Positions 40,836-50,562 are shown, counted from the stretch's first letter. The stretch: 64,000 bases of DNA from an uncultured Gemmatimonadales bacterium (GCA_963783385.1 CAWANJ010000001.1:352001-416000); one strand, 5' to 3'. The notes: a model not told the origin generated them from the letters alone. Made by a program: numbers and translations.

Positions 40836-41996
40836 ATGAACGACGAGCCTGCCCGACCCATCGACCAGAAGGTGGTGCTCGGCGCCCGCGAGGTCGTCGT
40901 GCTGCTGCTGGGCGTCGCCTCCAGCCTGCTGCTCGGTGTCTTCCTCTGGCCCTTCCTGGCCGCCATCGTGACCAGCGCCACCATCGCCGCGCTGGCGTAC
41001 CCCGGCTACCGGTGGCTGGAGCGCCGGATCGGGGAACCCAACGTGTCGGCCTTCCTCGGGACGGCCATCCTGTTCTTTCTCGTGCTCTTGCCCCTCGTCG
41101 GGCTCTCGATCGCCCTCATCGGCGACGTGCACGCCAACATCGACCAGCTCAGCCGGGAGCTGGGCCGGCGGCTGGGCCAGGGCGGCGAGCTCCGCCGGTG
41201 GGCCGAGGACCTGGGACGGTCCCTCGGCATCCCCCCGGGGCACGTCTCCGAGCAGATTGGCCGGCAGCTCCAGGCGCTGCCGAACCTGGTGACCGAGCGC
41301 ACCCTGAGCTTCGTGTCGGGCCTGGGGGGCTGGCTGTTCCAGGGAGGCGCCGCCCTGTTCACGCTGTTCTTCATGTTACGCGACGGTCCAGGGCTCGTGA
41401 AGCTGTTCGCCTGGCTCCTCCCCCTCGAGCAGGACTACAGGGATCGACTCGTCGCGAGGGCCCGCGAAGTCACCTACGCGACCGTGTACGGCAACGTCGC
41501 GGTGGCCATCGTGCAGGGCGTCCTGATCGGGCTGGCGTTCTGGGTCCTGGGGCTCCCGGCGGCGGTGCTCTGGGGTACCGTGTCCGCCGTCCTGTCGCTC
41601 CTGCCGGTGGTGGGCGCGCCCGTAGTGTGGGTCCCGGCCGGCGTGATCCTGCTCGTCCACGGTCACATGGGACGGGGGATCGCGCTCCTCCTGTTCGGCT
41701 TCCTCGTGGTGAGCACGGTGGACAACCTGCTGCGGGCCGTGCTCGTGAGCGACCGGGCCCAGCTCCATCCGCTGATCGTGTTCCTCAGCGTCCTGGGTGC
41801 CATCCTCGAGTTCGGGGCGGCCGGCGTGCTGATCGGGCCGGTGCTGTTCGTGGTGTGCCTGTCACTGATCGAGACGGCACGGCTCATCCTGGAGCCGCCG
41901 CACCCGTCGGGGGAGCGGATGCCGGAGGGTGAGCTCCTCATGGACCGGGTGTCGCTGGGAGCCTACCGCTCCTCGTCGGCCGCTCCGAAGGAGTAG
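40836..41996 (+). CDS. AI-2E family transporter
   Basis: FFMLRDG, LLPVVGA, VDNLLR, LHPLIVFLSVLG, LIGP. Confidence 0.9.
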   Translation: MNDEPARPIDQKVVLGAREVVVLLLGVASSLLLGVFLWPFLAAIVTSATIAALAYPGYRWLERRIGEPNVSAFLGTAILFFLVLLPLVGLSIALIGDVHANIDQLSRELGRRLGQGGELRRWAEDLGRSLGIPPGHVSEQIGRQLQALPNLVTERTLSFVSGLGGWLFQGGAALFTLFFMLRDGPGLVKLFAWLLPLEQDYRDRLVARAREVTYATVYGNVAVAIVQGVLIGLAFWVLGLPAAVLWGTVSAVLSLLPVVGAPVVWVPAGVILLVHGHMGRGIALLLFGFLVVSTVDNLLRAVLVSDRAQLHPLIVFLSVLGAILEFGAAGVLIGPVLFVVCLSLIETARLILEPPHPSGERMPEGELLMDRVSLGAYRSSSAAPKE

Positions 41997-42006
41997 GCGC
42001 CTCGGC

Positions 42007-42720
42007 TCAGCCCGGGCGCCCGACCGCCGCGGCCAGCCGCGCCAGGGTGTCCCGGTCGAGCCGATGTTCGCCCTCGAAGCCCAGGGTCCGGGCCCCGAGC
42101 CCCGCCGCTTCCAGGCGACGCTCGGCCGTGGACAGCGCATCGGCCCCGAACACCGGGTCCCGGTCGCCCGCCACGAGGAACAGGCGGACCCCGCGGAGCG
42201 CCGCGGCGTGCGACTCGAGGTCCAGGTCGTGCGGCAGGCCCGCGCCCCAGGCGACGGCCGCATCCACGGCGGCGCTTCCAAACGCCAACCAGCGGAACAG
42301 GGTGTGGACGCCCTGCGAGAAGCCGAGAGCGACGCAGCGGACGTCCTGGCGGCGGACGGTCTCGAACACGTGCTCGTACAGCCGGTCCAGCCACGTCACG
42401 TAGTCCTGGATATCCGTGAGGCGGTCCTCGCTGGTCATCCAGGTGGCGCCGACCGTCCGCTCCGCGTGGTCCAGGTAGTAGCGGTGCAGCCCCTCCGGGG
42501 CGACGAGCAGCCGGGAACCATCGTCGAGGACCTCCAGGTAGCGCAGGAAGCGGGGCGCGAGCTGGCCGTAGCCGTGCAGCGCGAACCACACCTCCCGGGG
42601 CGCGCCCGGCTCCCCGCGGACGGCGTAGCGAAGCTGGCGGGGAACGGTCAGGTGACGGACGTCGATCGGATCGGACAGAGCGGCCTCCCCTCGATGGCGC
42701 GCGGACCTCGGTCGGGCCAC
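42007..42720 (-). CDS. Phospholipase/carboxylesterase-type alpha/beta hydrolase
   Basis: LHGYGQ, APEG, VGATWMT, GFSQG nucleophile elbow, FEGEH; start may be CTG at 42678. Confidence 0.85.
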   Translation of the reverse strand: MARPRSARHRGEAALSDPIDVRHLTVPRQLRYAVRGEPGAPREVWFALHGYGQLAPRFLRYLEVLDDGSRLLVAPEGLHRYYLDHAERTVGATWMTSEDRLTDIQDYVTWLDRLYEHVFETVRRQDVRCVALGFSQGVHTLFRWLAFGSAAVDAAVAWGAGLPHDLDLESHAAALRGVRLFLVAGDRDPVFGADALSTAERRLEAAGLGARTLGFEGEHRLDRDTLARLAAAVGRPG

Positions 42721-42770
42721 GGTAGGCGGGAAGGCGGTCCGGGGCCAGTGGGACCGGCCCCGGACGACGA

Positions 42771-43529
42771 TCAGCGGCGTCCGGCAATCCCGATCGACAG
42801 GGCGGCCGAGAGCAGGAGGTCGTGCTCCGTGCGGGCCGTCGTCCTATCCCCCGTCGCCTCGAACGTGAAGCGAGCCCGGGAAATCGTGTCCTCGGCATCC
42901 AGGCGCATGGCCACCGTCGGGCCCAGGCGCAGCCGCGCACCGGCGCCGGCGAGCCCTCCCACGTCCGTGCGGCCTCCGACCCCGATCCAGGTCGCCGAGC
43001 CGGTTCGGGACACGACCGCGGGTCCGGCTTTCACGTACAGGGCCGTCGGTCCGGACCGGAGCACGTCGTACAGGAGGGCGGCGCTGCCCAGCCACACGGT
43101 GGCACTGGATGTGCCCGCCGGTCCCGCGGGCGCGACGGCCGCGACAGAAGGTGTGTCGAGAAACAAGAGACCTCCCGACGTGGTGGTCTTCACCGAGCTC
43201 GGCGCCCAAGCGAGAGCGCCCTCCAGCGCGAGGCGATCCGTCAAGCGGCTGGTCACTCGTGCGCCCAGCGCCACCGAGGAGCGCTGCTCGAGGACGGTCC
43301 TCACCTGATCGCCCTCGATGCTGCTCAGGCTCCAGCTCCCGAGCTGTCCGGCCGGCACGTACACACCCACGAACGGCGTCACGGCCAGGGAGTGCCCCTG
43401 CCCCGCCAGCGGTGGGGCGGTCGTCACCAGCGCCGCCCCCAGGCACGCGAGACCGGCCGTCCGGCGGAGGAGGGTCCGGGAGCACGGCCGTGACGACCAC
43501 GGACGGGAGACGGACCGGAGTCCTGGCAT
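42771..43529 (-). CDS. Outer-membrane beta-barrel domain protein
   Basis: Signal peptide, amphipathic strands (VTPFVGVY, LALEGALAW, LYVKAG, MRLDAED). Confidence 0.65.
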   Translation of the reverse strand: MPGLRSVSRPWSSRPCSRTLLRRTAGLACLGAALVTTAPPLAGQGHSLAVTPFVGVYVPAGQLGSWSLSSIEGDQVRTVLEQRSSVALGARVTSRLTDRLALEGALAWAPSSVKTTTSGGLLFLDTPSVAAVAPAGPAGTSSATVWLGSAALLYDVLRSGPTALYVKAGPAVVSRTGSATWIGVGGRTDVGGLAGAGARLRLGPTVAMRLDAEDTISRARFTFEATGDRTTARTEHDLLLSAALSIGIAGRR

Positions 43530-43713
43530 GAGGCCTCCATGGTGCAGCGGAAGCGCGGGCCCGCGACCCGCAGCAGGGCAGCCACCACGATAACCCCGGA
43601 GGCAGCCGGTCCGGTTCCCCACGCAAGACCGCCCGGCCCCACGAGAAGCGAGACCGGGCGGTCGCCTGCTGCGTCGCGGGTCGCGCCTCGCGGCCCGTCG
43701 CGTCAGCTCCCCG

Positions 43714-45810
43714 TCACCAGATCTTCACCAGCCGATCGCCGGAGCGGACCATGGGGTCCCCGGCCTTGCAGGAGAATGCCTTCGCGAAGGCCGGCATGTC
43801 CGAGGGAGCCCCGATCGCCCTGAACTTCGCGGGCGAATGCGGGTTCGTGTTGAGGGAGACCAGCTCGGCCTTCTCGCGCGTAGCGCCACGCCACACGCGC
43901 GCCCACGCCAGGAAGAAGCGCTGGTCCTCGGTGTAGCCGTCGATCTTCTTCGACGCCTCCGTGGGGTTCTTCTGCAGAGCCGCCTGCAGCGCGTCGTAGG
44001 CCACGTTCAATCCGCCCAGGTCGGCAATGTTCTCGCCCAGGGTGAGCTGGCCGTTCACGTGCTTGTCGGGATGGTCCTTCAGCGGCACGTAGCCCTCGAA
44101 CTGGTTGACGAGCTTGGCCGTGCGCGCGTCGAACTTCTTCCGGTCGGCCTTCGTCCACCAGTTCTCGTTGTTGCCATCGCCGTCGAACTGGCTGCCCTGA
44201 TCGTCGAAGCCGTGGCTCGACTCGTGGCCGATCACAGCGCCAATGCCGCCGTAGTTGACCGCGTCGTCGCCGTTGGCGTAGAAGAAGGGCGGCTGCAGGA
44301 TGGCGGCCGGGAAGTTGATCGTGTTGGTGGTCGGGCTGTAGTAGGCGTTGACCGTCTGCGGCGTCATGCCCCACTCGTGGCGGTCGGTCGGCTGCCCGAT
44401 CTTCTGGATGTTATACTCGTAATTGAACTTCCGCGCCGCCAAGACGTTGGCGAAATAGTCGTCGGGCTTGATCTCCAGCCCGGACCAGTCCCGCCACTGG
44501 TCGGGGTAGCCGATCTTGGGCAGGAACTTCTGCCACTTCTCGAGCGCCCGCTTCTTGGTGGCCTCGCTCATCCAGTCCAGGTTCTCGATGCGCGTCTTGA
44601 GGGCATCGCGGACGTTGCTGACCAGCTGCTCCGCCCTGGCCTTGGCCTCGGGCGGGAAGTAGCGGGCCACGTAGAGCTGCCCGAGAGCCATGCCCATCGA
44701 GCGGTTCGCGGTCCCCAGCACCCGCTTCCAGCGGGGCTGCTGCTGGGGCTGCCCCCGCAGGGTCGTGCCGCTGAAGGCGAAGTCCTCCTTCTGGAACGGC
44801 GTGGACAGGTAGGGCGCGGCGGCGTCGATGGTGTGGAACGCCAGGTAGGCTTTCCACTCGGCCAGCGGCGCGTGCGCCAGGAGGCTGTCGAAGCCCGCGA
44901 AGAACTTCGGCTGCGAGAGCGAGAAGCCCTTGCCGGGATCCACGCCCTGGGCCTTGAAGAAGGCGGCCCAGTCGAAGTGGGGCGTGACCTTGTTCGCCTC
45001 GGCCACCGACACGAAGTGGTACTGGTTGGATGGCTTGCGGAGGTCGACGCGAGACAGGGAGTGCCGGGCCAGGTCCGTCTCGAAGGCCAGGACCTGCCCG
45101 GCCTCCTTCGACGCCTGGTCGGCGGGCACGCCCGTCAGCTCGAACATCTTTCCAATGTGCTTGACGTAGGCGTCGCGGATGTCCTTGTACTCGGCCTTCG
45201 TGTAGTAGTCCGGCGTCGGCAGGCCGAGTCCGCCCTGGAAGGCGTAGCCGATCTGCATCCTGGCGTCGTGGTAGTCGGCCCGCGCCCCGAAGCGGAACAG
45301 CTGACCCTGCCCCTTCGCGTAGGACGCGTCCAGCCAGCTCTCCACGTCCTTCGGCGAGGTCAGCGCCTCGATCGACGCCAGGGTGGGCTTGATCGGATCG
45401 TAGGCCGCCCTGTCGATCGCGGCCGTGTCCATGCCCGACCGGTACAACCAGCCGACCTTCTGCTCGATCGAGCCGCTCTCGGCCTGATCGGCCTTCTTGT
45501 CCGCCGCCTCGACGATCTGGTGCTGCTCGTCGAGGCTCTTCTCCCCCAGCTCGGCGAACGCGCCCCAGCTGGAGCGGTCGGCGGGGATCGGGTTCGCCTT
45601 GATCCACCTGGCGTTGGCGAACCCGTCGAAGTCGGTGCAGGCGGAGATCGTGGTGTCGAGCAGGGAGACGTCGAACACCGGCCCGGTATCGGACGGAGCG
45701 GCGCTCCGCATCGCCTGGCTCCCGGCGGACCCGCCGCCGCGGCTGCACGCGGCAGCCGCCACCAGGAGCGCGGCGGTCACGGCGAGCGATCGGTAAGGAT
45801 GCCTGATCAT
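43714..45810 (-). CDS. M13 family metallopeptidase (PepO/neprilysin-like) lipoprotein
   Basis: AAAC lipobox, VNAYY, ILQPPFF, GHESSHGFD (HExxH), GENIADLGG, HSP. Confidence 0.95.
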   Translation of the reverse strand: MIRHPYRSLAVTAALLVAAAACSRGGGSAGSQAMRSAAPSDTGPVFDVSLLDTTISACTDFDGFANARWIKANPIPADRSSWGAFAELGEKSLDEQHQIVEAADKKADQAESGSIEQKVGWLYRSGMDTAAIDRAAYDPIKPTLASIEALTSPKDVESWLDASYAKGQGQLFRFGARADYHDARMQIGYAFQGGLGLPTPDYYTKAEYKDIRDAYVKHIGKMFELTGVPADQASKEAGQVLAFETDLARHSLSRVDLRKPSNQYHFVSVAEANKVTPHFDWAAFFKAQGVDPGKGFSLSQPKFFAGFDSLLAHAPLAEWKAYLAFHTIDAAAPYLSTPFQKEDFAFSGTTLRGQPQQQPRWKRVLGTANRSMGMALGQLYVARYFPPEAKARAEQLVSNVRDALKTRIENLDWMSEATKKRALEKWQKFLPKIGYPDQWRDWSGLEIKPDDYFANVLAARKFNYEYNIQKIGQPTDRHEWGMTPQTVNAYYSPTTNTINFPAAILQPPFFYANGDDAVNYGGIGAVIGHESSHGFDDQGSQFDGDGNNENWWTKADRKKFDARTAKLVNQFEGYVPLKDHPDKHVNGQLTLGENIADLGGLNVAYDALQAALQKNPTEASKKIDGYTEDQRFFLAWARVWRGATREKAELVSLNTNPHSPAKFRAIGAPSDMPAFAKAFSCKAGDPMVRSGDRLVKIW

Positions 45811-45951
45811 GAACTTCCTCCACGTGACGTGCCCGCCTGGAGCACGGACTCACGACTCGGGTCTATGGGCGTTGGAATCGGTTCCCATGATGGGACGGGA
45901 CCTCCGGGGGCGCCAGCGTGGGCCAGGCGTCGCCGCGGCCGGGGCGGACGG

Positions 45952-47499
45952 TCAGGCGACCGCCGCCTCGACCCCCTCCGCCTCCCGGAGGAACGCGTTG
46001 GCATCGTGGCTCATCGCCCCGGGGGGCAGCCAATCCCAGAAGACGCCCAGGTCGGCCTTGACCCGGTCCTCGTAGAAGGCCGGGACCTTGTCCGTCTCCC
46101 CGTCGAAGAAGCGCCGCAGGGGACGATCGGAGTCCAGCCGGCCGCGCAGCTCCCGGAAGTAGCGGATGCGGCCCTTCCCCTCGGAGGAAATCGCCCGTAC
46201 CACGTTGAACCACGTGGCGAATCCCCACTGTGTGCCGCGGGCCCGATGGTAGATCATGCGGGGGGAGAAGGAGTACTCGGTCAGGTCAATGACGCGGTCG
46301 TAGAACTCCGTCCAATCGTAGTTCTTGGGCCGCACGTTCATCGCGTGGTTGTTATTCAGGAAGTGGAACGGGAACGGGAGCACCCGTCCGTCCCGCTGGA
46401 GGTCCAGGTTGAGGGGCGCGGCTCGTCCGAACGCGGACAGCAGTGAGTAGCCGGGGAACGCCCCGGGCGTAAGATCCAGGAACCGCTTGGTGAGCTCGAA
46501 GGGCTCGCTTCCCTCGTCGACGTCCAGGCCGAGGACGAAGTTCGTCTGCACGTAGGGGATGTACTCGAGGATCTTGTTCACCTGCTCCGAGATGTTCTCG
46601 ACCTTCCCCATCCCCGTCGTGCCGCGCGTCTTGGCCTTGTTGCCCAGCGAGAACCACGACTCGATGCCCGGGAGCATGGCCTTGAAGCCGGCGTCACGCA
46701 GACGGCGAAGGCGCGGCTCGGACAGCAGGGACAGGCTGCTCTCGGCCACGAAGGACAGGGGATGCTCGGCCGTGCCCTCCTCGATGGAGTCCAGGAGCTC
46801 GTCGAAGCGCACCCCGAAATTCGGGTCGTGCCACCCCACCCACACGTCGGGCCTCGTCTTCCCCAGGAAGACGAGGTCCTCGCGGATCTGCTCCTGCGGT
46901 ACGGGCTGGAAGTCCACGACCGAGTCGATGCAGAACGGGCAGGTGTAGGGACAGCCCAGGCTGGCCAGCATGGGCACGACCGCCTGGATCGGCGACTTGG
47001 CCAGCGTGGGCTGGACGAACTTCCAGCGCTCGCGCACACCCGGGAGGACGGATGGCTGCGCGTCGGCGCTGAGCCGCACACCCATCGGCCGATGGGGAGC
47101 CGGGTCCCGCAGGACGTCGTCCACCAGCGTCTCGTCCGTGAAGCCCAGCACGTAGTCGAAATATCGTGCTGCGTCGGCCGGGTAACAGCGAGCGTGCGGT
47201 CCCCCGAGGACCGTGATCGCGCCCCGGGACCGGAACAGCGCGCTCACCGCGTACGCGAGCTGCGCCGCCTGGGTGAAGGCGCCGACGAACAGGACGTCAA
47301 TGTCCTCGGGGAGCTCGTAGGCCAGGTCCTCGAACCCGGTGTAGCAGACGTAACGGACATCGTGGCCGGCCCGCTCGCACCACACGCCCAGGGCCTGCGG
47401 CATGATGCTGGCCAGGTTGGCGTTGTTGATGCGGGCGTACAGGGAGCGGGTGGGAGCTTTGGTCACCAGGTCCAGAATCCCGATTCGCAGTCGGCGCAT
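45952..47499 (-). CDS. B12-binding-domain radical SAM protein
   Basis: VLGGPHA B12-binding motif; SLGCPYTCPFC (CxxxCxxC); HDPNF, GIES, NFVLGLD. Confidence 0.85.
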   Translation of the reverse strand: MRRLRIGILDLVTKAPTRSLYARINNANLASIMPQALGVWCERAGHDVRYVCYTGFEDLAYELPEDIDVLFVGAFTQAAQLAYAVSALFRSRGAITVLGGPHARCYPADAARYFDYVLGFTDETLVDDVLRDPAPHRPMGVRLSADAQPSVLPGVRERWKFVQPTLAKSPIQAVVPMLASLGCPYTCPFCIDSVVDFQPVPQEQIREDLVFLGKTRPDVWVGWHDPNFGVRFDELLDSIEEGTAEHPLSFVAESSLSLLSEPRLRRLRDAGFKAMLPGIESWFSLGNKAKTRGTTGMGKVENISEQVNKILEYIPYVQTNFVLGLDVDEGSEPFELTKRFLDLTPGAFPGYSLLSAFGRAAPLNLDLQRDGRVLPFPFHFLNNNHAMNVRPKNYDWTEFYDRVIDLTEYSFSPRMIYHRARGTQWGFATWFNVVRAISSEGKGRIRYFRELRGRLDSDRPLRRFFDGETDKVPAFYEDRVKADLGVFWDWLPPGAMSHDANAFLREAEGVEAAVA

Positions 47500-47794
47500 G
47501 GCCGGTCGTGCCTTTCCCCGAGTAGGACGTGCCGCGCGGCGGGCCGGGGCTCGACGCCGCGCCAAAGCTTCAGTCCGGTCCCGGGGGCTCGTTCTCGCCA
47601 GGACGCACTGCACGAACAGCCTGTCTGATTCTCAGCGCTGGGAAGGATGCGATGGCCGCCTCGCACCGCATCATCGGTGGACGCATAACGCAGGCCGGCA
47701 GGCAGAGGGACATCCTTGCATGGCCGAAACGTGGGAGCCGGACGCACGACTGTCAATCGGCGCCCGTCCGAACCCCCCGCATGAAAATGAGATA

Positions 47795-48030
47795 CCGCCG
47801 CTCCCCGGCCGCGATCCGCGCCTCGGCCACGCTCACACCATCGGCGGCCAGCACGCCGGAGAGGATGCCGACGCTGGCCAGGCCGGAACCCACCTCGTCG
47901 TGGAGGTCCATGGAGATCCGGGTGCGCTGGCGTTCCAGGCCCACGAGGCACGCCACGCGAGCTCGGGCCCTCAGACGCCCCGGAGCGACCAGGAGGACGA
48001 GGACGAGAACCGACCGGGAGAAGACGATCG
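47795..48030 (-). pseudogene. Remnant of a HisKA_3-type sensor kinase
   Basis: LERQRTRISMDLHDEVGSGLASVGILS H-box with no sensor or HATPase domain. Confidence 0.65.
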
Positions 48031-48202
48031 CGGTGGCCCGCCGGGAGGTCGCCGCCGTCCCCCGCGGACGACCCGACGCACCGTATCGGCGATCCCAACG
48101 GCTGGTCATCGACTCCCCCTGCAGCGCCGGCGAGGTGCGTGCCGTGCGGCGCCAGCGGGTGGCAGGATCATCGAATGAGAGAGAGCTCCGGCTCCTCCCG
48201 GC

Positions 48203-48268
48203 TCAGGCTTCGTCGGCGTACTTTTCGGGATCCGCCTCGACCGTGTCCCGGAAGCCTTCGCAGCAGCG
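48203..48268 (-). pseudogene. YHS-domain C-terminal remnant
   Basis: RCCEGFRDTVEADPEKYADEA* resembles the YHS tail (FCxxxC...F.ADPEKY); no start codon or N-terminal half. Confidence 0.45.
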
Positions 48269-48280
48269 GTGCGGCGGGCG

Positions 48281-48832
48281 TCAGCCGGCGGTCGTGAAGG
48301 TGAAGATCATGCCGTAGTTGCCGTCCGACCCCTCCCAGCCCTGCCCCATCTCCGAGCCCATCCCCGAGCCCATGCCCCCCGAGCCGGCTCCCCCGCCCAT
48401 CATCCCCGCGCTGGCCGTCTGTCCCCCGCAGCCGGGCCCGTACTGGCTCATGTTCACCGGGTCGCCGTCGGCGTCCATCATGCCACCGCCCAGGTGAATC
48501 ACGTACGTGGTCGCGGGCTTGAAGGCCGCCGCGGGAGTGAAGGTCAGGGCGGTCGTGTCGGCCGACCAGGACCAGCTCCCGTCGACGGCCGATCCGGAGA
48601 TCTCGCCCTCGTGCACGCTGGCGTACTGCGACATGGCCGGGTTCATGGCATGGTTGAAGGTGATCGTGACCGTGGTGTCCACGCTCACCCCCGTGCTGCC
48701 GCCGGCCGGCGCTACGTCCAGGAGGAGCGTCGGGGCCGTGGGCGCGGCCACGCCCGCTCCGGAGCACGCGGCCACGACGACGGACGCCGCCACGGCCAGC
48801 GCGAGCCCTCCGAGGCCAGTTCGTCCAGTCAT
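48281..48832 (-). CDS. Ig-like (Big_5/SbsA) domain lipoprotein with Met/Gly-rich insert
   Basis: VAAC lipobox, VAPAGG, ITFNHAMNP, LTFTP, FTFTT; GGAGGAG SD. Confidence 0.75.
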   Translation of the reverse strand: MTGRTGLGGLALAVAASVVVAACSGAGVAAPTAPTLLLDVAPAGGSTGVSVDTTVTITFNHAMNPAMSQYASVHEGEISGSAVDGSWSWSADTTALTFTPAAAFKPATTYVIHLGGGMMDADGDPVNMSQYGPGCGGQTASAGMMGGGAGSGGMGSGMGSEMGQGWEGSDGNYGMIFTFTTAG

Positions 48833-49132
48833 GGAAACTCCTCCTCGTGGGATGGGTGATCGTCCCGCCATGGTGCGGTGCGGCCACGGTCGCCGGCGTG
48901 GGGTCGGTCCAGAACCGTCGGCATGCCGCGCCGTGCAGCGGGCCCTGAGTCAGGATGAACCGGCAGGGACGCGACGTCTGTCGGGGTTTCTCCGGACGTC
49001 GCTGTGGGAAAGGTCGGAACCGTGGCGTAGTCGGAAGGACTCGGACCCGCGGGGAGCGGCCGGGGCCCGATCTCGGGGCCCCGGCCGCGCTCCTGGGAGG
49101 AAGGACGTAGGCCGGAGGGGAGGGGTTCGGGC

Positions 49133-49675
49133 CTACTCCCCGCCGCGCCGCGCGCTGGGCGGCAGCATGCCGTTCAGCCGCATGTAGTTGGCCACCTGGC
49201 TGTAGTGGTCCGCCAGGTCCTCGACGTACACGAACATGGCCAGGGCGCGGGACCCCTTCATGAAGCCCATGTCCACCGTCCCGCCGAGGTCGCTGTCATC
49301 GGTAGCGGCCAGCGCCTTGTCGCAGAACGCGAAGGAGTCCCTGAGCTCCTTGACGAGCGTGTCCTTGGGCTCGGTGCCCTTCCGGGTGGGGGTGTCGGGC
49401 GCCTTCATGCCGCTGATCGCGCTGCAGATCCCGCGGTTGGCCATGGCCAGGTGCGCCCAGATCTGCCCGAACGTCATCTGCGCGTCGGTGGGCTTGTAGG
49501 ACAGCTTGTCGGCCGGGACCTCGTCGGCCGCCTGCGTGAGGTACCCCCCGAAGTGCTTGCTCATCCCGAGGGCGGCTTCCGAGGTCGGGTTGCCGCCGGA
49601 GGAAGCGGGTTGCTGCGCGGCGAGCACGCCGGGGAGGACGAGGGCGGCAAGGCCGAAGAGCGCGAGGCGGTTCAT
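49133..49675 (-). CDS. DinB family protein with signal peptide
   Basis: YKPT...TFGQIWAHL, DHYSQVANYMRLNGMLPPS. Confidence 0.85.
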   Translation of the reverse strand: MNRLALFGLAALVLPGVLAAQQPASSGGNPTSEAALGMSKHFGGYLTQAADEVPADKLSYKPTDAQMTFGQIWAHLAMANRGICSAISGMKAPDTPTRKGTEPKDTLVKELRDSFAFCDKALAATDDSDLGGTVDMGFMKGSRALAMFVYVEDLADHYSQVANYMRLNGMLPPSARRGGE

Positions 49676-49840
49676 GGGCACATCTCCTCGTAGAGGGGTG
49701 AGAGGAGCCGAGTGAACGATCTTCGCGAGGCTGCGCACGCGAGGCAAGAGCGAGGAGCGTCCTCCCGGACCGGGCAGCTTCCCCGGATCCGACCTCAGTC
49801 CGGTCGGCGAGCGAGACCCGCTCGACGGCCGAACGTGCAG

Positions 49841-49913
49841 TGGCCGGGGCGGGCATCGAACCCGCGACCTTCGGATTAAAAGTCCGCTGCTCTGCCAGCT
49901 GAGCTACCCGGCC
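49841..49913 (-). tRNA. tRNA-Lys (anticodon UUU), CCA not encoded
   Basis: GGCCGGG acceptor stem, D arm GCTC/GAGC, anticodon loop CTTTTAA, T arm GCGGG-TTCGATG-CCCGC. Confidence 0.95.
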
Positions 49914-50035
49914 GGGTGAAGCGGAGGGGCCGTCGGATACCCGGCTCCGGCGGGGCGGTTCGCGACACCGCCCCCGGGCGCTCCACACCCGGCGGGACGC
50001 GCCCCCGGACCACGGCCTCCTCCGTCCAGGTCGGA

Positions 50036-50064
50036 AAGCTACGCCCGACCGCCGGGAGCGACAA
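50036..50064 (-). promoter_or_regulatory. Putative sigma70 promoter for tRNA-Lys (TTGTCG-N17-TAGCTT)
   Basis: Correct spacing, about 120 nt upstream of the tRNA. Confidence 0.45.
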
Positions 50065-50471
50065 CGCGGCTCGTGCGGTCGTCCAATGCACGGCGCCGGC
50101 CCGTTCACGCCCGGGCCGCGCCGTTCGGCGGCCTCTCCTGCCATCCATGGAATCTTTGCCTCCGTCCCGCGAGGGTTCCGCCGGACTCGCCGGCGGCGAG
50201 GGAGCGTGAGCGACCCGTCGCGAAACCCGTAACGGGTTATCACATCGAGCATTCGACCTCATCTTCATACTCTGGCCGCCCCTTCCTGCGCCGCGGCCCG
50301 AAACCTGCTTGAAACTCGCAGCTCACGCTTTCCGTAGGGGGACCTGAAGGCGGCGAAGGACCCGCCGACAGTGGCACCCGGAAGCCGGTCAGGCGCGCAG
50401 CCGGTCCGGTTGCGGGAGGCGGCAGATGAGAGACGACAACGACATTCATGACAATACAGAGGAGGTTCCTC

Positions 50472-50534
50472 ATGCTGTACCAGCGATGGCTGAATCGCCG
50501 CAGGATGATGGTGCACGTTCGCAAGGTCGCCTGA
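50472..50534 (+). CDS. Small basic peptide MLYQRWLNRRRMMVHVRKVA (20 aa), unannotated
   Basis: GAGGAGG SD preceded by an A/C-rich stretch; 13 of 16 degenerate codons end in G/C; followed by an intrinsic terminator. Confidence 0.6.
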   Translation: MLYQRWLNRRRMMVHVRKVA

Positions 50535-50562
50535 CCTGACGGACGTCCCACCCAGCGGAGAG

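Noticed and set aside
47500-49913. tRNA-anchored genomic island or prophage
   Set aside because: No integrase, no duplicated tRNA 3' end found by eye, and no obvious compositional shift
50255-50432. SAM-I riboswitch upstream of the Cys/Met enzyme (ctcatc ... gatgag pairing)
   Set aside because: Only the P1-like ends match; the kink-turn/P2 (GAGGGA..GGCCC) and GCAACC core are absent
50426-50539. 37-aa ORF MRDDNDIH... read as a protein or a tmRNA tag
   Set aside because: AT-rich third codon positions unlike this genome, no tRNA-like domain and no ..AA* ending; kept only as a possible regulatory uORF
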